DNA of 64,000 bases, taken from positions 90,819 through 154,818 of the forward strand of contig CAVPQW010000006.1 in NCBI GenBank assembly GCA_963707645.1, in the 5' to 3' direction. The notes beneath the pieces were generated by a model. That model was not told where the DNA came from and did not search any database. It saw nothing but the letters and a program-made list of their open reading frames with translations. Made by a program: the position numbers and the translations under genes. This DNA comes from an uncultured Actinomycetes bacterium. GTDB lineage: Bacteria > Actinomycetota > UBA4738 > JACQTL01. Of the stretch, positions 1 through 9,462 are shown one piece after another (position 1 is the stretch's first letter; every line of letters starts with the position of its first letter).

Positions 1-1
1 G

Positions 2-937
2 TTCCTCCCGCTCATCGCGCTCGCGTGGGCAAACCTCCACGGCAGCTTCTTCCTGGCGCCGCTGCTGGTCGGACTGGCGCTCCTCGAGGACGTGCGGAGG
101 CGATCATCGACCTGGCGGCGGCTCGCCCTGATCGGGCTGGTGACCGTTGCGGCGACGTGCGTCGGGCCGTTCGGGCCGCGGGTGTGGGGCTACGCCCTCG
201 ACGTGTCGACGAACCCGTTCATCACGCAGTTCATCGTGGAGTGGCAGGCACCGTCGATCCACGATGCGATCGGGCTGTTCTTCTTCGCATCGGTCGTCGC
301 GACTGCGGTCCTCCTGGCAGTGTCGCCGCGGCGGCTCCCGTGGACCTCGCTGCTCGCGCTCGGCGTGTTCCTCGTCATCGGGCTGCTGGCCGTGCGCGGC
401 GTCTTCTGGTGGGCCATCGCCGCGCCCCCCCTGCTGGTGGACGCGCTCCCTCGGCGGAGCGATGCCGACGCACCCGCCGGCGACCGGACCGCGAACCGGC
501 TGATCGTGGCCTTCGTCGTCGTAGCGGTACTCGCGGCATTGCCGTGGTGGCGGGCCATCGGTGTCCCCTCTTCGGAGGCGGCGCTGCTCGATCGGGCCCC
601 GGTTGGCCTGTCGAGCGCCGTCGCTCGGCTCACCCCGCCGGGGAGCCGGCTCTTCGTCGCGCAGCCGAACGCCTCCTGGTTCGAGCTTGCTCTGCCCGAC
701 CGGCCGGTGTTCGTGGACTCGCGGATCGAGCTCTATCCGACACGCATCTGGAGCGACTATGCGGACGTCGTCTCGGGCAGGGCGAACTGGGATGACGTGC
801 TGCGCGCATGGAACGTCGACGCGCTCGTCGTCGATCCCGTGGACCAACGTCACCTGATCCCGTTCCTCCGGGGCAGTGCGGACTGGCGGCTGGCGTACCG
901 GGATCAAGACGGGTTGGTGTTCGTGCGGGCCGGCTGA
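2..937 (+). CDS. polytopic membrane protein, C-terminal part (5' end outside window)
   Basis: The frame of ORF 92..937 stays open back to base 2 (FLPLIALAWANLHGSFFLAPLL...). It has several hydrophobic helices followed by a soluble tail. The family is not recognised with certainty (GT-C / O-antigen-polymerase-like look only). Confidence 0.6.
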   Translation, partial: FLPLIALAWANLHGSFFLAPLLVGLALLEDVRRRSSTWRRLALIGLVTVAATCVGPFGPRVWGYALDVSTNPFITQFIVEWQAPSIHDAIGLFFFASVVATAVLLAVSPRRLPWTSLLALGVFLVIGLLAVRGVFWWAIAAPPLLVDALPRRSDADAPAGDRTANRLIVAFVVVAVLAALPWWRAIGVPSSEAALLDRAPVGLSSAVARLTPPGSRLFVAQPNASWFELALPDRPVFVDSRIELYPTRIWSDYADVVSGRANWDDVLRAWNVDALVVDPVDQRHLIPFLRGSADWRLAYRDQDGLVFVRAG

Positions 938-968
938 CATATGCCGGCCGACCCACCCGAACTTCAGG

Positions 969-1097
969 TCATTGTCGGCTCGACTGGATCGCCTTGCGGA
1001 GCACGACGACGAACATCACGACGAGCAATACGAGCACAATCCCGAGGGCGACGATGCCGCCCCAGCCCATCGCCAACATCGAGGCGAGCGCTTCCAT
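969..1097 (-). CDS. 42-aa hydrophobic mini-protein (not in ORF track)
   Basis: Manual translation gives MEALASMLAMGWGGIVALGIVLVLLVVMFVVVLRKAIQSSRQ. There is one clear TM helix and a basic tail. The SD-like GGAGGGATGA lies directly upstream of the ATG at 1097. Confidence 0.45.
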   Translation of the reverse strand: MEALASMLAMGWGGIVALGIVLVLLVVMFVVVLRKAIQSSRQ

Positions 1098-1167
1098 TCA
1101 TCCCTCCTTTCGTCGGTCGAACGTTGCGTTCAAATCCAGCCGCATGACCCTGCGCCCGCACCACTGG

Positions 1168-1953
1168 TCACCCGACACGTGCCCGGTCCTCGTAAGGGCC
1201 CGGGACTAGCCGAAGGATGCCGGAACGCGATGCGGAGACGACGGCCGCCAGCCGGCTGTTGACGCCCAGCTTTTCGTAGATCCGAGCGAGGTGCGTGGTC
1301 ACGGTGCGCTCGGTGACCCCGAGCTGTTCGGCGATGTCGCGTGCCCGGAGCCCTTGCGCCGCCACCGTCAACACCTCCCGTTCCCGTTCCGTGAGCGGTG
1401 AGGACACTGATGCCTGCTGCTCGACGCCGCTCGCGATGGTTCCCAGCCAGTCGAGGGGGACGCCCTCGAGCACCATCTCGCCGCCGGAGCAGCGCCGGAT
1501 GGCGTCTAGGAATGCTGGTGCCTCGGCCCGGTGGTCGACGAATCCGTCCGCGCCCACGAACAGCGCCCTCGAGATCGCGAGTCGCTCGGCACCGGCGCCG
1601 ATCGCCAGCACACGAATCATGGGGAATTGCCGTCGGCAGGTGGCGATCGATTCGTACGCGTCGTGCACAGTGCCGAGATCGAGGGACACGATCGCAACAA
1701 GCCCCGTTCTCCGCCGCAGCGTGCCGAGCCCCCGAGCCAACTCGGACCACGTGCCGGCCTCGATCAGTACCTTGAAGTCGTCCTGCGTCTCGAGCAGGAG
1801 CGCGAGCGCTTCGCGTACGACGGGATGCGGATGGAGTAGGAGGAGCCCACAACGTTTTCCCCCTCTTCCATCCCCACCTGAATCCGGGGAGGTTCGATCT
1901 CGATGCATGGGCAGGACGAAAAGATGCACCATTCTGCGGGTGATAGTCAACAC
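1168..1953 (-). CDS. LuxR/NarL-family response-regulator-like protein with degenerate receiver domain
   Basis: C-terminal LuxR HTH (TEREREVLTVAAQGLRARDIAEQLGVTERTVTTHLARIYEKLGV). In the N-terminal receiver-like domain the canonical DD pocket reads HP (LLLLHPHPVVREAL) and the conserved Lys position reads His (GADGFVDH). The start is uncertain (alternative ATGs at 1932 and 1908). Confidence 0.8.
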   Translation of the reverse strand: MLTITRRMVHLFVLPMHRDRTSPDSGGDGRGGKRCGLLLLHPHPVVREALALLLETQDDFKVLIEAGTWSELARGLGTLRRRTGLVAIVSLDLGTVHDAYESIATCRRQFPMIRVLAIGAGAERLAISRALFVGADGFVDHRAEAPAFLDAIRRCSGGEMVLEGVPLDWLGTIASGVEQQASVSSPLTEREREVLTVAAQGLRARDIAEQLGVTERTVTTHLARIYEKLGVNSRLAAVVSASRSGILRLVPGPYEDRARVG

Positions 1954-2031
1954 TACGAACGGCCCAAGTCGAATGGCCGAATGTTCCTACCCTGGGCCGA
2001 ATGGACCCGTCCGAGTGGCCGAACCAAGGCG

Positions 2032-2706
2032 TCAATCACGCTGAACCGCCGACGGCGATTCCAGGAGTCCGAGACCGATTGCCCGCGCGACCGCCGCAAC
2101 GCGGGTCTTGGCGCCGAGCTTCGCGTAGATATTCGAGATGTGCGATTCGGCGGTCTTCGTGGACATGTCGAGACGGCGGGCGATCTGCTTGTTCGAGAGG
2201 CTCTGTCCGAGGAGCCGGAGGACGTCGAGCTCGCGAGCGGTCAGGGCGGCAGACACGCGCGCGTTCTCGCGGACCCTGGAGACGACGTGCGCCAGGTGCT
2301 CGAGGGCGGCGCGGTCCTGGTCATCGGAGTACACCGTCTCGCCGTTCGCCACGGCGACGATGGAGTCGGCGATCCGCTCAATGAACACGTTCTTCGGCAG
2401 ATAGCCGGCCAGCCCCAGCCGCCGCGCCAGGAAGACCGCCTCGCGGTCGGTCCGGCCGCTCATGACGAGGACCTTCAGCCCGGGCGTTTCCTCGAGGAGC
2501 GTCCTCGCCAGCTCGAATCCGTCGATGCCGGGGAGCACGAGGTCCAGCACCAGGAGGTCCGGCCGCAGCTCCCGACACAGCTCGATGGCCGCTTCCCCGG
2601 TGTCCGCCTCTCCGACGACCTCGATCCGGGAATCGTGTTCACACGCCAATCGAACGATGTCCCGGATCATCGGATGATCGTCGACGACAACGACTCGGGT
2701 CGGCAT
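2032..2706 (-). CDS. NarL/FixJ-family response regulator (canonical receiver + LuxR HTH)
   Basis: MPTRVVVVDDHPMIRD..., phospho-acceptor context LLVLDLVLPGIDG, and HTH TARELDVLRLLGQSLSNKQIARRLDMSTKTAESHISNIYAKLG. I prefer the ATG at 2706 over the ORF-track start at 2808. Confidence 0.9.
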   Translation of the reverse strand: MPTRVVVVDDHPMIRDIVRLACEHDSRIEVVGEADTGEAAIELCRELRPDLLVLDLVLPGIDGFELARTLLEETPGLKVLVMSGRTDREAVFLARRLGLAGYLPKNVFIERIADSIVAVANGETVYSDDQDRAALEHLAHVVSRVRENARVSAALTARELDVLRLLGQSLSNKQIARRLDMSTKTAESHISNIYAKLGAKTRVAAVARAIGLGLLESPSAVQRD

Positions 2707-2864
2707 CGGGCGCTCCTGGGCTCGTGAACGCGGGTGAACAAGCTCCTTGGATGCGGTTGCAGCGTACCCCGCTTTCCGGCGCCGTATGCGCAGGTGGCGA
2801 ACGATCACAAAGCCGCCGATCGGCTGATGGAGGGGACGGAGGGCACTGCTACCATCGACCGGTC

Positions 2865-4691
<1,827 letters not shown>

Positions 4692-4700
4692 CCCGCCGCG

Positions 4701-7367
4701 TCACGCCGGGGGATGCGGCTCGGTTCCCGAGGCGCCCAACTCGTCGGCGATCCACCGGCGGGCCTCCGCGACTGCTTCGTCCACGGAGAGGCCCCGCCCC
4801 TCCGCCCACAGATCCTCGACCCGGTCAGGGGGAAGGAGCCCCGCGACCGCTTGACGGGGCTCGGCGAAACCGATGGCCATCGGTGGCGCCTCGCTGTCCG
4901 AGTCCTCCACTGCGCGCTCGACCGCTCCGCCCAGCCGAGCCCCAATCTCCGGACTTCCCGCCTCCACGGCCAACAGGGCGATGACCTCGAGGGAAATCGT
5001 GACGCTCAACGTGTGACGGAGGGCCTCGCTCGCGTCGAGGCTCTCGAGCGCAGCGTTCAGCGCGCGCGGAAGGTCGCCGTCCACCTTCGCCAGCTCGGCC
5101 ACCATCGTCGAGGTCTGGGCGATGCCAAAGAGGTGCCGGGTTCGGCGGAACGTCACCACCGCCTCGGCGAGCAGCTCGCGAGCATGCGTCAGGTCTTCTC
5201 CGCCGACGTAGGCCAACATCGCCAGATTCGCGTTGGCGAAGGCGAGGTTCGTCTCGTCGCCCAGATCCCGGTAGAGGTCGGCCGCCTGCTGTTGGAGCTT
5301 TGCTGCTCCCTCGAGGTCGCCGCCGAGGAGGCGGGCGAAGGCCAGGTTGTAGCAGCCTTCTGCCTGCCCCGGGCGGTCGCCGAGCTCCCGCGCGAGCCGG
5401 AGAGCTTCCTCGTAGAACGGTCCCACCGACTCCGGCTCACGGTGCCAGTACGCGATGCTCCCGAGCGCGGACAGGGCCCTGGCCCTGGCCACGGTCGGCT
5501 CGTGCGCCGCCGGCAACGCCATGAGCTCCTCGGTGATGCGGCGCCCTTCGCCGAGGTGATTCCGCATGAGCCAGAAGCGCCACAGGCCCCATGCCATCAC
5601 GAGGCCGGATTCCGCCTCACCGGTGTCGACCGACCAACGCATTGCGGCTCGGAAGTTGTCGTGCTCTCGCTCGAGCAGGTCGAGCGATCGCTCGTCCCGC
5701 CTCGTGAGCTCCGGCTCGGCCTGGACCGCGAGCGCGCGGAAGTATGCGACGTGACGGCGACGGGCGAAGTCTTGCTCACCGTTCACGGCGAGGGTTTGCG
5801 TCCCGAACTCCCGGATCGTCTCCAGCATGTCGAAGCGGACCTCGCCCCGGCCCGGCTCGATCCTGACCAGGCTGTTGTCCACAAGCGCCCCCATGCCGTC
5901 CAGGGTGTCGATGCCGAGCTCGGCGTCCGGGTTGGCGACGGTTTCCGCGGCCCGGAGCGTCCAGCCGCCCACGAACACCGAGAGACGGGCGAACAGGCGC
6001 TGCTCGGTCGGGTCCAGCAGGTCGAAGCTCCACCGGATCGTCTCCCGAAGGGTCCGTTGGCGAGCCGGCAGGTCCTGCGCACCGCCCGTGAGGAGCGAAA
6101 GGCGATCCTGCAACCGGGCGACCATATCGGCCGGTGAGATGAACTTCACCCGGGACGCGGCCAGCTCGATGGCGAGGGGGAGGCCGTCGAGCCGCGCGCA
6201 GACCTCCGCGATCGGGGCGGCGTTCTCCTCGGTCAGGGCGAACCCGGGCGCCACGGCGGCGCCCCGCTCCACGAAGAGCGCCACGGCCTCGAACTCCGTC
6301 AGCGGTTCGTCGGGGCGGAGATTCGACGGGTCGGGCATCCGGAGGGGCGGAACCGGAAGCTCCTGTTCACCCGTCACCCGCAGCGCCGCCCGGCTCGTGA
6401 CGAGCACCCGGAGTCGCGGCGCGGTGCGCAGGAGGTCGGTGACGAACGGAGCGGCCGCGAGGATCTGTTCGAAGTTGTCGAGGACGAGGAGCGCCTCTTC
6501 CTCCCGGAGCGCTTCCTCGAGGGAGTCCCGGATCGGCCGGCCCGGCTCTTCCCGGATCCCGATCGAACGTGCGATCGACGAATCGACCAGCGCGGGATCC
6601 GTGATGGGCGCCAGTTCGACGAAGAACACGCCGTCAGGAAACGACGGAACAAGCCGTGATGCGGCCTCGATGGCGAGGCGCGACTTGCCGGACCCCCCCG
6701 GCCCCGTCAGCGTGAGGAGTCGCGTCCCCTCGAGGAGGTCGAGGATCCGTCCCACCTCCCGCTCGCGGCCCACGAAGCCGGTCAGCGGCGTCGGGAGGTT
6801 GCTGGGCGCGTCGAGGGTCCGTGGTGGAGGGAAATCCGCCGGCAGTCCCTCGACGACCAGGTTGCTCAGCTCCTCGGGCTGCGGGAAGTCCTTGAGCCGA
6901 TGCCGTCCGAGCGTTCGCACGCCGACGCCGTTCGGGAGGTGGTGCTCGACCAGGGACCTCGTCGCCTCAGAGAGCAGGACCTGCCCACCATGGCCCGCGG
7001 CCGCGATCCGGGCGGCGCGATGCACGTCGATCCCGACGTAGTCGTCGCCGCCCGGAACTCCCTCGCCCGTGTGGAGGCCCATTCGGACGCGGACCGGGAC
7101 CGGCCATGACGCGCTCGCCAGCCGCTGCTGGGCCTGTACGGCGGCCGCGGTGGCCGCCGCCGCGCTCTCGAACACTGCGAACATCGAGTCGCCTTCGGTG
7201 CGGACGGCGACGCCGCCCTGCTCGCCGATCGCCTCGCGCAGGATCCGGTTGTGCTCCTCCAGAACTGGACGCCATTTCGGCCCGAGCTCCCGCACCAGGC
7301 GCGTGGAACCCTCGATGTCGGTGAACAGGAACGTCACGGTTCCCGACGGGAGCGCGGAATTCGTCAT
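4701..7367 (-). CDS. class III nucleotidyl cyclase - STAND P-loop NTPase - TPR protein
   Basis: N-terminal cyclase domain (GTVTFLFTDIEGST, RTEGDSMFAVF, GIDVHRAARI, RLKDF). Walker A LTGPGGSGKSRLA with an NB-ARC-like module (LLVLDNFEQ). The C-terminal half is TPR-like repeats. Confidence 0.9.
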   Translation of the reverse strand: MTNSALPSGTVTFLFTDIEGSTRLVRELGPKWRPVLEEHNRILREAIGEQGGVAVRTEGDSMFAVFESAAAATAAAVQAQQRLASASWPVPVRVRMGLHTGEGVPGGDDYVGIDVHRAARIAAAGHGGQVLLSEATRSLVEHHLPNGVGVRTLGRHRLKDFPQPEELSNLVVEGLPADFPPPRTLDAPSNLPTPLTGFVGREREVGRILDLLEGTRLLTLTGPGGSGKSRLAIEAASRLVPSFPDGVFFVELAPITDPALVDSSIARSIGIREEPGRPIRDSLEEALREEEALLVLDNFEQILAAAPFVTDLLRTAPRLRVLVTSRAALRVTGEQELPVPPLRMPDPSNLRPDEPLTEFEAVALFVERGAAVAPGFALTEENAAPIAEVCARLDGLPLAIELAASRVKFISPADMVARLQDRLSLLTGGAQDLPARQRTLRETIRWSFDLLDPTEQRLFARLSVFVGGWTLRAAETVANPDAELGIDTLDGMGALVDNSLVRIEPGRGEVRFDMLETIREFGTQTLAVNGEQDFARRRHVAYFRALAVQAEPELTRRDERSLDLLEREHDNFRAAMRWSVDTGEAESGLVMAWGLWRFWLMRNHLGEGRRITEELMALPAAHEPTVARARALSALGSIAYWHREPESVGPFYEEALRLARELGDRPGQAEGCYNLAFARLLGGDLEGAAKLQQQAADLYRDLGDETNLAFANANLAMLAYVGGEDLTHARELLAEAVVTFRRTRHLFGIAQTSTMVAELAKVDGDLPRALNAALESLDASEALRHTLSVTISLEVIALLAVEAGSPEIGARLGGAVERAVEDSDSEAPPMAIGFAEPRQAVAGLLPPDRVEDLWAEGRGLSVDEAVAEARRWIADELGASGTEPHPPA

Positions 7368-7453
7368 GATTGCGCCGAAGCGTAATAGCAGCGAAGGTGC
7401 CGCAGTGGGGCCGCGACCAGCGGGGGCACGGCCCGCGCGATCGGGGGCAGAGC

Positions 7454-9448
7454 ATGACCGACGAATCCCTCCTCGAACGGGGGAGAGCCGCGCTCGAGGC
7501 GCACGACTGGGCGGCCGCCTACGAGTCGCTCTCCGAGGCCGACCGGCAGGGTTCGCTGACGGGCGAGGGGCTCTCCCTCCTGGGCCAGGCGGCCTACTGG
7601 GTGGCGCGCCCGGAGGAGACGGTCGGGGCCCTGGAGCGGGCGTTCGCGGCCTATCAGCAGGAGGGCGACCTCGCCGCCGCGGCGATGACGGCGTACCGCG
7701 TGGCGGAGCAGCACGGGATGCGCTTTTCGATTTCGCAGGCGCAGGGGTGGGCCGCTCGGGCCGCCCGCCTCGCGGACGGGCACGAGGACTGGCCGGTCCG
7801 CGGATGGCTCATGTGGATGGGGGGGCTCCTCAGCTGGTTCCAGGGTGATTTCGAGGCCTCGGTGGTGGCGTACGACGAGGCGCTCGCCCACGCGACGATG
7901 TCGGGGGACCGCGACCTGTACGGCATGAGCCTGCACGACAAGGGGCATGCGTTGTGCCTCCTGGGCAGGGTCGCGGACGGCATGGGGCTCCTCGACGAGG
8001 CGATGGTCGCGGTCGTGGGCGGCGAGCTCGGCCCGGACGCCGCGGGGTACGTGTACTGCGGCATGATCGGGGTCTGCTCCAAGCTCGGCGACTACCGGCG
8101 CGCCGCCGACTGGACCGAGGCCACCCTCCGGTGGTGCGAGCGGCATTCGATTCCCGCCTTCCCGGGCGTGTGTCGCATCCACAAGGCCGAGTTGCTGCTC
8201 GTCGCCGGCTCGTTCGCAGAGGCCGAGGCGGAGGCCCTGCTGGCGTGCGAGGAGCTGCCCCGCTACAACTTCTACTCGGGACTCGGTCCGGCGAACTACG
8301 GGATCGGGGAGATCCGGCGCCGGCTCGGCGATTTCGGCGGAGCGGAGGAGGCGTACACCCGGGCCAACGAGTTCGGCTATCTGCCCCAACCGGGTCTGGC
8401 CCTCCTGCGCCTCGCCGAGGGCCGTGTCGAGGCCGCCACCGCCGCGATCCGGCAGGCGCTGGCCGATGTCGTCGGGAACCACTGCATCCGCGTGCGCCTG
8501 CTGGCGGCCGGCGCCGAGATCGCCGTCGCGGCCGGGGACACCGACGGCGCCGCGATCATGGCCGGCGAGCTCGAATCGCTCGTCGGCGAGTTCGATGCCG
8601 CGTCGATCCGCGCGATGGCGAGCCGGGCGCGCGGGGTGTTGCTGCTGGCCCGGGGTGACGCGCGGGGCGCCGTCGCGGAGCTGCGGACTGCGCAGCGCGA
8701 CTGGCGGGAGGTGGACGCGCCCTACGAGGTCGGTGAGGTCGGGCTGTTGCTGGCAGCGGCGCACCGAAAGCTGGAGGAGGAGGATGCCGCCGTCATGGAG
8801 GCCCGGTCCGCGCGGGCCGCCTTCGCACGGATGGGCGCCCGGCCCGCCGAGGAGGCCGCAGCGGCGTTCCTGGCCCAGGGCGAGGCCGAGGCCGCGTCCG
8901 CGGGACTGCCCCCGGAACGGATCGCGCGGGCATTCATGTTCACCGACATCGTCGGGTCGACGGACCTGGTCGGCGTCATCGGGGACGAGGCCTGGGAGCA
9001 CCTCCTCGCATGGCACGACCAGGAGCTCACGCGCCTGTTCGGGGCGCACGGGGGCCAGGTCGCGCATCACACGGGAGACGGGTTCTTCGTGGCGTTCGAC
9101 GGGGCGGGCCCCGCGGTCGCCTGCGCGATCGCGGTCCAGCGGGCCCTGGCCGACCACCGACGGGCGCAGGGTTTCTCGCCACGGGTCCGCATCGGCATTC
9201 ACGCTGCGGAGGCAACCCGGCGGGGAGGCGACTTCAGCGGGGTCGAGGTCCACCGGGCCGCCCGGGTGGCCGCGCTGGCCGGTGGGGACGAGATCCTGGT
9301 GACCGCCGACACCGCAGCCGCGGCCGGCCTCGACGTCGCCGGCCAGGGCGTTCGGCGGGCGGTGACCCTCAAGGGGTTCGCGGAGCCCGTGGACGTCCTC
9401 GCGGTGGAGTGGCGGGCGGATCCTCCGTCGCGGCACGAGCGGAACTAG
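7454..9448 (+). CDS. TPR-repeat protein with C-terminal class III nucleotidyl cyclase domain
   Basis: About 500 aa of TPR-like helical repeats, then a cyclase domain (FMFTDIVGSTDL, HHTGDGFFVAF, GVEVHRAARV, TLKGF). I prefer ATG 7454 (MTDESLL). It is divergent from 4701..7367, with only 86 bp between the starts. Confidence 0.88.
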   Translation: MTDESLLERGRAALEAHDWAAAYESLSEADRQGSLTGEGLSLLGQAAYWVARPEETVGALERAFAAYQQEGDLAAAAMTAYRVAEQHGMRFSISQAQGWAARAARLADGHEDWPVRGWLMWMGGLLSWFQGDFEASVVAYDEALAHATMSGDRDLYGMSLHDKGHALCLLGRVADGMGLLDEAMVAVVGGELGPDAAGYVYCGMIGVCSKLGDYRRAADWTEATLRWCERHSIPAFPGVCRIHKAELLLVAGSFAEAEAEALLACEELPRYNFYSGLGPANYGIGEIRRRLGDFGGAEEAYTRANEFGYLPQPGLALLRLAEGRVEAATAAIRQALADVVGNHCIRVRLLAAGAEIAVAAGDTDGAAIMAGELESLVGEFDAASIRAMASRARGVLLLARGDARGAVAELRTAQRDWREVDAPYEVGEVGLLLAAAHRKLEEEDAAVMEARSARAAFARMGARPAEEAAAAFLAQGEAEAASAGLPPERIARAFMFTDIVGSTDLVGVIGDEAWEHLLAWHDQELTRLFGAHGGQVAHHTGDGFFVAFDGAGPAVACAIAVQRALADHRRAQGFSPRVRIGIHAAEATRRGGDFSGVEVHRAARVAALAGGDEILVTADTAAAAGLDVAGQGVRRAVTLKGFAEPVDVLAVEWRADPPSRHERN

Positions 9449-9462
9449 CGGCCGGGGGTCGC

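Noticed and set aside
2707-2864. A 158-nt leader between the response-regulator gene and glmS, considered as a possible glmS ribozyme.
   Set aside because: I cannot find the ordered conserved core elements I remember for the glmS ribozyme (the AGCGCC cleavage-site helix, the GACGAGG-type core, the CGGCGG.UGCC segment). Only loose G-rich resemblance exists (GGGGACGGAGGG). A covariance-model scan (Rfam RF00234) would settle it.
9010-9462. A 151-codon N-terminal extension of the 1166-aa ORF (9010..12510).
   Set aside because: It overlaps the 3' end of the TPR-cyclase gene in another frame and translates to Arg/Gly/Pro low-complexity sequence. A clean ATG at 9463 follows the upstream stop by 15 nt and begins the hydrophobic domain.
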